DNA of 64,000 nt from the human T2T-CHM13v2.0 reference genome, Homo sapiens. A program made the translations under genes and the position numbers. Shown here one piece after another: positions 1 through 35,640 of this stretch; the first letter of the stretch is position 1; the number at the start of each line of letters is the position of its first letter. The stretch is from assembly GCA_009914755.4 (NCBI GenBank), contig CP086569.2, positions 7,456,001-7,520,000 of the forward strand, read 5' to 3'. The notes under the pieces are model-generated. The model was given only the letters and a program-made list of their open reading frames with translations, was not told the origin of the DNA and made no database searches.

Positions 1-2132
1 AGGTGCTTATCCTGTTTTATACAAGTGGTCCCTAAATGCAGTCACAGGGATCCTTATAACAGAGAGGCACAGAGAGTTTTGAGACAGACACACAGGAGAC
101 GACATAGGCATATGGAGCAGAAGGTGATATGAAGACAGAGCAGAGAGCTGAGGCTATGAGCCAATGAATGCAGATGGTTATCAGATGCTGGAAGAAGCAA
201 GGAATATATTTTCCCTTTAGAGCCTCGAGATGGGGTGAGACTGTGTTGACACCTTGATTTCAGACTTCTGGCCTCAAATGCTCCCAAAGACTACATATCT
301 ATTGCTTTAAACCACCACATGTGTGATATTTGTTACAGACAGCAGCCTCAGGAAATGAATATACTACCTCAATGGGTGAAGCTCTTGTTTGACCTTTAAA
401 CTGCAACTTGCAGATGTTAACAGTAACATGATAAGGCCAAAGATAAAGGTGACTAAAAAACGAGAAACACCAAGGTCTGGTGTTATGAATTGAGCTTAAC
501 AAAAGTAAAGAAGCAGAAGAATGCAAGAGACAGCGAGCAAAGAGTTACGGTTGAAGTATACACAAGGGTTCAGGGAAGGAAACCCAAGAAGCATGAAGCT
601 AGAGCCTCACACTGTAATGGGTCTTATCCACTAGAGACAGAAATCTACAATGCCAGTGCATTGTTTGTTTCTGAATAACATGTTTACCCATTCACTACTC
701 TGTGCATTTTCTTTTTCTTTTATTTATTATGCTTGGAGTATGTACAACTTCTTGAATCTATGGGTTGATCTCTCTTACAAATCTGGGGAAATTCTTAGCC
801 TAAAACATTGCTTTTGTCTCACTCCCTCCCACTCTGCTCCTTCTGAGACTCCAATTACACATATTTTAGACTTTTCATTGTGTCCCACTTGTCTCTTATG
901 CTTTTTCTATATGTTCAATTTTTCTCTCTGTGCACTTCAGCATAAATCATTTCTATTAACCTTTCTTCCAGGTCACTATGCTTGTTTCCTGCTTATATGA
1001 TCTGTTAAAACCGTATCCATTGAGTTCTTAATTGCAGATATATTTTCCAAGTAATAGAAAGCCTATTTGATTAACTATAGATTCCAATTCTCTGTTTAAA
1101 TTTTTCATATTTTCATCTAATTCCTCCATTAAAAATTTATTTTCTTGAACATATTAATTCATTATTTTAAAATCCCCCTTTTTTTTGCTAAATTTAATTC
1201 TATTCACTCTGGATCATCTGTGGATCTGTTTCTATCATTTGTTTTTCTCTCATTTTTGGGGGATGGTCACATTGACACACTGAGTAATTTTTTTTTTATT
1301 GAATACCAGACATCATGTATTTCTAATCATGTATTAGAAAGTTGAAAAGATTTTGATGAAGTTTTCTTCCTCAAAAGTTTGCTCTCCTTTCTTCTGCCAG
1401 GAAGATAGAGTTGGGGATGGGGGTGCTGGCTAATGATCTAAACCAATCAGGAACTCTTACAAGACTCAGGCTGCTCCTAGCTTATGTCCTTGGCTAGGAC
1501 TTAGCTGTCCTGGCCTTCATTGAGAGCCTGGTGTGTCTGTGATGACCCCACCCCTTGCAACCTCCAAAAGCAAGTCCTAAACTGTAATCCTTATTTTCTC
1601 AGCACCAGAAGATTACTGAACACCACTTCTGCTTTCCAGAGGGATTCTGGTTATCTTTTGAACTTCTCATCCCATGCAGTCCAGAATTGGGCAACTGTCT
1701 TGAAGGGAAAGCCAACTGTGAATTTCAGGTTCCTCGAGTCTCCAATTTTGTCTCTCAACCCCAGTCCCAAGAGAATACTAGGTTTATTTTTCTCAGAGCT
1801 GCAACACTCCATCTAAACAAAGCCCAGGTCCACATTATTTTGTCACCACCCAGAATTAGAAATCCCCCATAAATAAAGTAGCTACAGACCATCAGCTCAT
1901 CTCTCCTCAGCTCTCTTCTTTTTGATATTTTAGCCCCCCTACTCCTCATGTTCCAACATGTCTTTAAACAGAATGGTGCTTTCTGTATTTTATATGGTAC
2001 TTCTTGGGATCGTTAGTTTGCCTCAGACTACCCAATCCTAGCTAGAAACAAATCTCTGCTTTATATTTTTCAAAGTGCTTTCATTGTCATAATTAATTTC
2101 TGCCATATAAACTGATAAGAAAAAGATGGCAG

Positions 2133-2437
<305 letters not shown>

Positions 2438-3235
2438 TTACTCTGATCTTTTAGAACACAGTTTGTCAGCATTGGACAAACTATGGGCCACAGGCCAAGT
2501 CCAGCCCAGTGCCTGGTTTTGTAAATAAAGTTTTATTGGAATATAGCCATGCCCACTATATTGTGCATATTGTCCATGGCTGCTTTGGCACTACAAAAGC
2601 TTTTGCAGATTTGAGTAGTTATAACAGAGACCACATCACCAGCAAAGCCCAAAATATTCACCATCTTTCCCTTTACAGAAAGTTTGTCAGCCCCTGCTTC
2701 ATTTGAAGGAAACTGAAGCTCAGACACATTCAGTGACTGACAAGTTAACTTTGGAGAGAAGACTGTGTGTCAGTCCCCACGATTCTTATTCCAGCCATCT
2801 CCCCACTCTTCTAATTTGCTTCCCATCACAATGATTCATTACAATAAAACAACAAGGAGAGAGACAGAGCGGAATGAATTTGAAGCAGACAGTCCCAGTA
2901 AGGAAAAGGGAGGTCTCTCAGTGAACACAATTAAGGGTCTTTCTCTTTTTTGAAACACTTGGGGAATTTTGGCAGTCACCTTTGAAATCTGCTAAAACAA
3001 ATAATGTAAGGCAACTATTCAAGGATGCCACTTCAAGGTTTTAAAAAAAGCCTTAATATTTCATAGGGTTTTTTTGTTGTTGTTGTTCAGAAAATGAACA
3101 TGTAAGGAAGAACAATGAAAAATATCCTGAAGTATGTGTTCAATTCTTATCCATTCGATTGCTGAGTGCTTTCATCAAGGCCATTCTCTAAGCAGAGGAA
3201 AAAAATATTCCCAACAGATGATGGCAGCTAAGAGG

Positions 3236-3248
3236 GACACACACACAC

Positions 3249-3286
<38 letters not shown>
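3236..3286. repeat. (CA)n dinucleotide microsatellite
   Basis: About 25 uninterrupted AC repeats, directly visible. Confidence 0.97.
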
Positions 3287-3599
3287 CATGCATGATTAAA
3301 CAAAATAATTTTTAAAAATCCAATACAGTTCCAAACTCAACAATAACTGAAAAGAAAGGCCACTTGTTTCATCTTCCTTTTCCCCCATCTTCTGCTTAGT
3401 AGAAGTATATGGTAATTTGCTTCTTTTTAATAATTTGTAAAATCTGATGAGTGGTGAAATTTAGCCATGCCCACATGCCAATAACAGATGTTAAAAATTT
3501 CAGAATTATAAGATCACCAAAATAATCACATCCACCAAAAAAACCTGCTGGGGACAGCTCATCTTTTTCTTTTCAACCTACCTTATGCAGAAGGGTGAG

Positions 3600-26880
<23,281 letters not shown>

Positions 26881-27666
26881 GGGAAAATCCTCATAGAATA
26901 CTCCTCAGTATGATTGAAAGAATGTTGTTCAATCAATCATTGATAGGTGCACAGTGAAGTAACTTCTGGTTTTAATTGGGTGCTCTCAAAGCTAGGATTG
27001 AAAACTCTTGGTTCTAAACTCACATGATGAGGAGTTATATTATGCTATCCTTTTCTGCACATTTGTTTATAGTCAGAGTTGTTTCAACTTGCCAATGAAT
27101 AGAGTAGAAAATTGTTTCCCTGAGACCTACGCATCTCCCATTCATAGGTTTTTAGGTTGTGCATTTTTCATATTTCTTATAAGATCATGATCACAGAGAT
27201 CATATTTGTCAAGATAAAGCTCTGTTGCACAAGGATTATGTGAAGGCGTTTACTACCCATGGCTCAGGGTTCCTTTAGAAGCAGGATGAAGCTCAAAAAC
27301 TATTACTGAAGCCAGAAAATGAAGAGAGAAGTTAAGGGCTACCCACAGGAAAAAGCAAAGTGCTTCCTTTCACTTTACAAGTGGTCACTGCTTATCCTGA
27401 CATTAAACTTGCATCTGATCATGATGTGTTTCTTGTTCATCTCTCTTGGTATTCCACTAAATCTGCGTCCAATGAAAAGAGACCTGGATGAGAGTAGTAA
27501 AGACAGTAACAGCATTTTTCTATATATTATGCCTTAGTGAGCTTTGAAGCACATTGAGCAGAGCCTGAATTCTTCCTCACTTTTGGATAAGTTGTGTCAA
27601 ATTTGACACTGATGTAAATGGTACCAGGTTTAATATGTCAAAAGAAGAAACTCAGAACCAGTGAAT

Positions 27667-27946
27667 GAGACAGAGTTTCATTCTTGTTGCCCAGGCTGGA
27701 GTTCAATGGCCCAATCTCAACTCACCACAAACCCTGCCCACCATGTTCAATTGATTCTCTTGCCTCAGCCTTCCAAGTAGCTGGAATTAAAAGCATGTGC
27801 CACCACACCCGGCTAATTTTGTATTATTAAGAGAGGCAGCATTACCATGTTGGTCAGGCTGGTGAAACCCCAGCCTCAGGTGATCCACCCACCCTGGCCT
27901 CCCAAAGTTCTGGGATTACAGGCATGAGCCACTGCACATGGCCAGG
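27667..27946 (-). mobile_element. Alu SINE (minus orientation, no tail)
   Basis: GAGACAGAGTTTCATTCTTGTTGCCCAGGCTGGAG ... GGGATTACAGGCATGAGCCACTGCACATGGCCAGGCC. Confidence 0.85.
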
Positions 27947-30597
27947 CCACTGCCAGATTTTTTAGGTTGGAACTTGAACACTAAGATGAATTTTTTATAT
28001 AGTATCAGTCTTCAGCTATGCTAAAGTCAAGTTAACACTGTCAGTTGCATCCACCACACAGGCCGGTTCAGGCAATGGAGATTCTTCTTTCTGAGACTCT
28101 AGATTCAAAAAAGTTTTTGCTGTTTCTTGAATAGTTGGTTTGACAGGAGTTTATCTAAAAGGTCTTATGTGTGTGCACATTGCTGTATGGTTGTCTAAGT
28201 TAATGAGATGGCTTCTTAGTTGGCAGCGTCTCTTTCAGCTGCAAGTGTATACAGGCTGCTGAGGTGCCCCTTTACCAGATTTTTACTGGGGCATGACATT
28301 CTGGGGCCCCAGTTCAACTATTTTCCATGGTGGGACATGCTCAACGAGACCCTTAAATTGTGGTTCAGGTGAACCGGCTGATGTTGCCCTTTAAAAAACA
28401 GAACTGCTTGGTTTATTTCTTATTTTACTTGTCATTCTAACATATCTTTTGGTATGGAGAACAGAAAAGAATGTGAATATGTGACAGAATTCTTCCTAGA
28501 GTTGGGGCTATTTATACATGATACTTAAGTGTCAAGGTAGGTTGACAGATCTATCTTCCTGGTGCAGCCTGTGTAGGATAGAGCACTGTGACCCCTATAG
28601 CTCAGCTCCTGCAACACTTCAGAGGAATTTCAAAAACCATAGGATGTGGGGGTTAGAGAAAGAGCTGGTATAAATGGCAAGTTGCAAGTGAAATAATTGG
28701 AGGCAGGAAGATAACAGAACCTGTTTGGAACAGTATACATACTATTTGCATGCAGCTGAACAGCCAAGCCAGTTCTCTGATTTGGGCTGTGTACCAAGGA
28801 ATTAACAGGCCCACTTCTGCTCTGGCCACGGTGCTGAACTCTTTGGTTCTAGAACCAAATGTAAGTTCTGGCCTGTTCGGTTTCACAGGCCAATAGAGTG
28901 AGGAGGCCCAGGTAGGCCAACAAATGTGGCTGTGGGTGGGCTTACCACACGTGACTGGTTGTGTCTGTGCCTACACTCACAAGGAAGAGGGATCTTCTTC
29001 CTCAAGGCAATCCTAGGGAATTTTAATACAAGCCCAGGCAGGTGTCAGGCTTATGGGAGCCAGTGAAGAAAATAGTTCATGCCTCAGCCCAGTGCTTTTG
29101 CCTATCCTGGCTTGTGGCTTTGGGGGCTCAATATAATCATCAGAAAAATGAACAATGAAAGCCCCTCAGTGACTGGCTGTTCACCCCACTTTTACCAGGC
29201 CACCACACAGTACCCACCCTACAGCTCCAGGTATAGCCTGTGCTTCAAAATGCTGGGGGATTTCTGGGATGAGTTCAGGGCCCTGAGAGGGTTCTCCCCC
29301 ACAGGGATCACTCATGCCAACACCTCTGTGTGCACTGGATAGCTCAGCATGTCTGCTATATGCCACCCTTATTACCTGCTCTTGTCAAGCCCATGTCTTC
29401 CTGGGTTGGCAAGGGGCACATGCTCACTGAAGTCCATGTGGCCTGTCCATCTTTCCTCCCATGCACAGCCTCAGGGAGCTGTCATCCAGATTTCCTCCTA
29501 GATTATGATCTCAGGGGGTAACAACAGCACATTCTTCTCCAACTTATTGACTAGTAAATCTATAGTTCACTTAATGTGCCAAGGTGGGTGTGGGCCTTGA
29601 TACTCTTGATCTCTTTCCTCTAGTGGGACTTTATTGGGGGTTGCCATCCTGATTTCTTTGTGGAAATAGCCAGCAGGTGAGGCAGAACACAAGGGCCTGG
29701 GGCAGACAGGACAGAGCACCTAGGTAGGAGGTCTCAGTGTATTTCCAGGCCCGTTTTCTAAGTCAGTGCCCATATCCCTTTTCTGGGCCTCTAAGAATGG
29801 TTTACTCTATCTGCAACCTGCACCCACTGCTCTGTAGGTGGTGAGCATCCATTTATCTTTTTGGATTTGATCTTGTCCTTCATTTCCATTGGATGTTCTC
29901 CTGGAAGAAATGCACAGGGAATCCTGAGCCTGTGCTGAAGGTTACCTAACAGCCAAAGTCAGTAAGAAGTTTTCAAAAATATAATTACTAGCATTTTCTG
30001 CACATTGTTATCTCATAGTTGATTTTGCCACAGAATGTGAAAAAGGAAATATTACAACTTTTATCCTTTCCCTTATTTTAATTAGATCATCATACAAAAC
30101 TTTTATTTTTCTGAAATTTATTTTTTATGCCAATCATTGAATTTTTGTTTCCTCCTTTGTTCAAATTGTTACCTGTTTTAGAGGCAAAATCTTAAAAATA
30201 TATGCTACAAAAATACTAACAGGTGATAGCAATTTATTTAGAATGTAATTAAGTTTCTTAAATAAGTAAATAATTTCAGTGAACTTAGTTTGCAGTATTT
30301 GTATAAATTATTTTCTATCTTATCCTCAATCTTAAAAAAAAGTTATCTTGGTAAGCAAATCAAAATTAACAGATTTTGTAAACAGACAACTTAAAAACAT
30401 TTTTTGGACATGTTGGGTAATGTAATTCTCAAATATTTTATCTTAGAAATCAACACACTTGACAATTGATATTCTTAGTGTCTATAAAAGTGACATTATG
30501 AATATGCTTTTATACTTGACAAAAATTAAAAAAAGTATTCTAGTCTTCCTCAGTAAAACTTAAAGATTATACAAATAAGATTAAATATACCAGAAAA

Positions 30598-30902
30598 ACT
30601 GAATTAACCAGAAAAACTGAAACACATTCATTCACTTTATCTTTCAGTATCTGATAATTAGCTGATGTTATGACATTAAGAATCTGCTTGAGTAAAGAAA
30701 TAAGGCCAACCAGCTCTTGTGAAAGAATCATTAAAAATATACGGAACAAACATATCATGTATATTGTTTTTAAATATCACAAAATTTGCATAGAGGTGTT
30801 TATAGTATTCTCTGATGGTAGTTTAATTAACCAGAAAAGCTGAAACAGATTCATTCACTTTATCTTTCAGTATCTGATAATGAGCAGATTTTTTGATATT
30901 AA
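30598..30902 (+). repeat. 230-bp tandem duplication of the proviral integration site (copy 1 30598-30827 = empty site; copy 2 begins 30828 and continues past the provirus at 41064-41213)
   Basis: AATTAACCAGAAAA(A/G)CTGAAACA...CTGATAAT occurs at 30598 and 30828. ATTAAGAATCTGCTTGAGTAAAGAAATAAGGCCAACC...CTCTGATGGTAGTTT occurs at 30675-30827 and 41064-41213, about 6% diverged. Confidence 0.7.
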
Positions 30903-31552
30903 TGAAATGCCTAACCTTGTTTTTACTCTAACTCATTACTTTGAATTTTGTCCTGCTTGTCTCTTTAATCACCTATCCTTGCTTCTCATGTAAATAAGAC
31001 TCTCTGTAGCTGGGAAGGCCAGACAAACTCCAACTGACCCCTTAATTTACAAGACACTAAGGGCTCCTTTCCCAACCCCCTTTTGTAAGGAGTTGGCCTG
31101 GGTAAACAGATCCTCAGCATTTCAAAGGAGTCCAATTAACTGATAAGGTACTAACACCAACAATGTATGAAGTTCCCAGGATTTTTCTCAAAGAGATAAC
31201 AACATAAAACCTTGAGTTCATGTCTTCTATAGACTCTATATCTAATTATAATGAAAGATTTAGAACCTTGCACCTGGTACCTTTGCTCTTCTTGTAACCA
31301 TTTGTCTTTTAAGTGGTTTATCTCTCTGTAACCATTTTGCTTCTTTTGATTCTTGCATGTTTTTACTTCTGTAGAATTATTGCATTTGAGTCCCCCTCCC
31401 CTTCCTAAACCTAGGTATAAAAGTTAATCAAGCCCCTTCCTCGGGGCCGAGAGAATTTTCAGCATTAGCCATCTCTTTGGCCGCCAGCTTAATAAAGGAC
31501 TCTTAATTCGTCTCAAAGTGTGGCATATTTTTTAACTCGCTTGGATACAACA
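30903..31552 (+). repeat. ERV 5' LTR (U3-R-U5)
   Basis: About 95% identical to 40414-41063. Contains TATAAAAG (about 31416) and AATAAA (about 31491). Ends ...TACAACA. Confidence 0.88.
31414..31497 (+). promoter_or_regulatory. LTR TATA box (GGTATAAAAG) and downstream AATAAA poly(A) signal, the U3/R boundary region
   Basis: Motifs present in both LTR copies (also about 40927 and 41003). Function is inferred from retroviral LTR architecture. Confidence 0.45.
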
Positions 31553-33433
31553 TAATGGAGGTCCCAGTGAGAAATTAACTCCACTGGGTGAGAGCCGGTC
31601 TCACTCTGGGCTCCCCCGGAAGGACGGCTGGCTTGGATGGGGGGCGCCACCTGAGGAAATAATTTTTAAGGTCCCAGAAGAGTAACTGCCTTCCGGAGGA
31701 GAGCGGATCGACCACCGTGTCATTGCCCTAAAATTCAACATCTGAGTCCTCAGCTTCTGACCCCGGGGTCAGGTAAGTCAGATTTGACTTCGTTTCTGGT
31801 AAGAGGGGAGTGGCCCTGATGAGGGCGTCCCTCTTTTGACTCAGCCTGTTACTCTAGGACACTAGTGGGTTGAGCCTTGGTTTTCTGGTAGGTGCTTTTG
31901 TATCTTGGTTTGGGTAGGAAGTGGTCCTGACAAGGACCCTCCACTGACTTAGCTCAGGGCCCAGGAGGCGGGAGCTAAGCCTTGGTTTCCGGAAGACCGG
32001 ACTCTCGATCTCTCTCTCTCTTTCTCTCTTGTCTATCTTACATCCTTCTGTTGTTCAGGTTTCTTGGACAATCTCTGGGAAAGAAAAGGAAGAAAAAAAG
32101 AGAAAAAAATTGTTATAAACTCTGTGTAAATGGTGTGTGACTGTGGGAGGACAAGGGGTTGCATTTGTCTTCCAGTTTGTAGCTCTATGGTGAAAGCTAC
32201 AGAGTTCAAGTGGGCCCTCACCTGCGGTTCCGTGGCGACCTCCTAAGGCTTAAGGCAGCACCGGGCATAGCTCGATCTGAGCCAGGGGTTTATACCAGCC
32301 TGTCGATGCTAAGAGGAGCCCAAGTCCCCTCTGGGGGATCAGCCAGGCGGGCATCTGAATGACAGCATCACGGGAACTCCTTCCCTTGTCTGTCTAATAA
32401 AGAAGGTAAAAAAGGGAAAACTGTCATAATTGTTTACATGCCCTAGGGTCAATTGTTTGTTTTATGTTTATTGTTTTTTTCAGTGTCTATTGTCTTGTTT
32501 AATAGTTGTCAAGGTGTTATATGTCAGGACATCGATATTGTCCATGAGGTCTGGGTAAAAATTTCTTCAAGGACCTTAGTGCTGCTTTTTTGTCACAAGA
32601 GGTTAAATTTCTCATCAATCATTTAGGCTGGCCACCACAGTCTTGTCTTTTCTGTCATAAACAAGTAAGGTGTTGTTATGGAAAAGAGTGTGGAGAACAT
32701 TCACCTGATCGGAATTTCTGGCACCATTAAGGTTGCAGGTATTTAGATTGTCATACCCCACGTCCTAGTGATTGGTCCTCTTGTAAACTGAACTGGTGGT
32801 GGATTCAAAACAGCCACCTTGCAGACCTTCTTGCTGATCTCTTTTGTTATTTTGTAACTTTTCCTGTGCCCTTGAATAAGACCTTGTGTAGGGAAACCTA
32901 CGACCGTCATGCTTTACTTCGTTTAGACTCCTATTCTGTTCCCCTGTGGCTACGCTCTCACCTTAAGGATGATCTGAGTGGTCCTTTTCCCCCTCATCCT
33001 TGCCCCCTACCCCATGCATCTTGTTTTCCAGTGTGACAGCAAGTTCAGCATCTCCAAGACTTGGCTCTGCTCTCACTCCTTGAACCCTTAAGGGAAAAAG
33101 CTGAATTTGAACTGTTTGCTTTTGAATCGTGGAGACATCAAAAATATCTAGGATATAGGTCTAGAGGAAGAGGAAGAGGGAGAATGCCTAGCTCGAACCG
33201 TCCCAGGAGACCTTGGGTTGACCCCTAATCCCCCTCCCTCAATCTAAAAGCTACAGAAATTTGGCAAGTAGTATTAGTTTTTGTGGTTTTTCTGTTGTTC
33301 TTCCTGGTCATGTTAATTCTGTTTTTCCGACACTCCAGCCCCCCAGGGAAAGAATTTCTCTGCCCGTGTTGGATCTGATATCCCTGCTTGAGACTTTGCT
33401 AAATTGCCTTTAAATAATAAAAATAATAATAAA

Positions 33434-34993
33434 ATGGGAAACACTTCCTCCCAGCCCTATAAAGTTTGGAGCCCTCTCCAGGGTATGCTGAAAAAATTTT
33501 CTCTTGGTTTCTCAGAGGACTATGGAGTCCGCCTTAGAAAAGGCAAGCTCCAGACACTCTGTGAACTAGAATGGCCAAAGTTTGGATTTGGATGGCCCTC
33601 TGAAGGGTCATTAAATCCTATCATTGTTCAAGGCATGTGGCGAGTTGTTACCAGAACTCCCAGCCACCCTGATCAGTTTCCATATATAGATCAATGGTTA
33701 AGTTTGGTTAAAAATCCTCCTCCATGGCTCTGTTCATGTGCCTTTCACAACTCCACCTCCAAAATCCTCCTGAGCCAGGACGCATTTTTGCCTCGACCCT
33801 CAGCTGATTCAGCTCCCCCTGTTTTGCCTCCCTATGAAGAAGAGGAGAGTCTCCCTCACCCAGTTCCACCACCTTACAACCAACCTGCCCCTCTAGCATC
33901 TTCCCATGTCTCTTCCACGACATCCCCTGTGGGCTCACCACCCTTTGCCTCTCAGCTGTGACTGCAGCAGGAGGAAGCAGCCCCTCTACTGCCACTGAGA
34001 GAGGCACAAGTCCCTCCAGGGGATGAACACTCAGCCCCCTCCCTGGTTTATGCCCCTTTTCCTACTTCTGACTTGTATAATTAGAAAAATCATAATCCTC
34101 CCTTCTCCGAAAAGCCTCAGGCTTTGACCTCACTGAAGGAGTCCATACTGCAGACCCATTGACCCACCTAGGTTGACTGCCAACAGCTCCTTTTAACTCT
34201 CTTTATCTCTGAGGAGAGGGAGCATATCCAAAGAAAGACCAGAAAGCACTTCCTTGCATCAGCCGGCAGGCCTGAGGAGGAAGCTAGAGACCTCCTGGAG
34301 GAGGTCTTTCCCTCCACCCAGCCTAATTGGGACACACATTCCTCAGGTGGAAGGAGAGCTTTGGACGATTTTCACTGGTATCTCCTTGCAGGTATTAAAA
34401 GAGCCACTTGGAAGCCCATAAACTTGTCTAAGACAACTGAAGCTGTCCAGGGGCCTGATGAGTCACCAGGAGTGTTTTTAGAATGTCTCCAGGAGGCTTA
34501 TTGAATTTATACCCCTTTTGACCCCATGGCTCCCGAGAATAGCTGTGCTCTTAATTTGGCATTTGTGGCTCAGGCAGCCCCAGATATTAGGAGAAAACTC
34601 CAAAAACTGGAAGGATTTGCTAGGATGAACATCAGTCAGCTTTTAGAAATAGCCCAGAAAGTTATTGAAAACCGAGAATTTGAAAAACAAAAACAAGCAA
34701 CACAGGCAACTGAAAAAGCCGCTGATAAGCCATGTAAAAGACAAGCAAAAATCTTGGAAACCGCTATCCAAGAGGGCAAAAAGGAAAGGCTCCTATTCCA
34801 GAAGATTGACCAAGGACCCTCGGGTTCCCACCAGAAAAATAAAAGAGGTGAACAGGCCCCTCTAGGAAAAGACCAATATGCCTATTGCAAGCAGACTGGG
34901 CATTGGAAAAAGGAGATCCCCCTGCTGCCAAAAGAAAAGTCAGAAAACAAAAAGATTCTCACCCTGCCTGCAACAGAGGAGCCTGATAATTGA
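33434..34993 (+). pseudogene. gag: Retroviral gag (matrix-p12-capsid-NC region), interrupted by stops; terminates at an in-frame TGA shared with pro
   Basis: MGNTSSQPYKVW (myristoylation-type N-terminus). PPPY late-domain motif (about 33880). C-terminal DIRRKLQKLEG...QYAYCKQTGHWKKE resembles MLV capsid/NC. ORFs 33404-33961 and 34526-34993 share one frame, with stops between. Confidence 0.82.
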
Positions 34994-35640
34994 TGGGGCC
35001 AGGGCTCCCTCACTCTTGGCCCCCAGGATCCCATAGTAACTGCTACAGTGGAGGACCAGCCTGTACGTTTCCTAGTAGACACTGAGGCAGAACACTCAGT
35101 ACTGCAGACTCCCTTGGGCAGTGTCTCAAATAAAAAAAATAACTGTACAAAGGCAACTGGAGCTATTCAAGAGTACCCTGTCACACGCTCCCGAGAAGTA
35201 AACTTGGGACAGAAAAGAGTGACACACTCTTTTCTGGTGGTTCCAGAGTGTCCTTTTCCTTTATCCTTGGACGAGACCTGCTCCATAAGTTACAGGCCTC
35301 AATCTCCTTTTCAGCTCAGCATGCTCATCTCACACTAGGAAATGAAACTTCCCCAACTGCCCAACTCTTGCTAACTACCTATCTGTCAGAAGAATACCTT
35401 CTGGTTTTACCATCACAATCACCGGAGGAAAATACTAATACTCTTTTGTTGGACATACAGACATTTTTTCCCCAAGTTTGGGCCGAGTCAAACCCTCCCA
35501 GACTGGCTAAACACCATCTGCCAGAGGTTGTAGAATTCTTGGCTACTGCCATACTGGTCCAGGTAAAGCAATACCCCATGAGTCAGCAGGCTAGAGAGGT
35601 GATTAATCCCCACATTCAATGACTGTTACAAGCTGGCATA
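34994..35640 (+). pseudogene. pro: Retroviral protease, active-site DTG mutated to DTE
   Basis: WGQGSLTLGP...VRFLVDTEAEHSVL follows the gag TGA directly, as in MLV (LTLDD*GGQGQE...FLVDTGAQHSVL). Confidence 0.75.

Noticed and set aside
33404-33433. ORF-track start MPLNNKNNNK upstream of MGNTSS
   Set aside because: This is an AT-rich run (AAATAATAAAAATAATAATAAA) read through in frame. The retroviral gag start is the MGN methionine at 33434.
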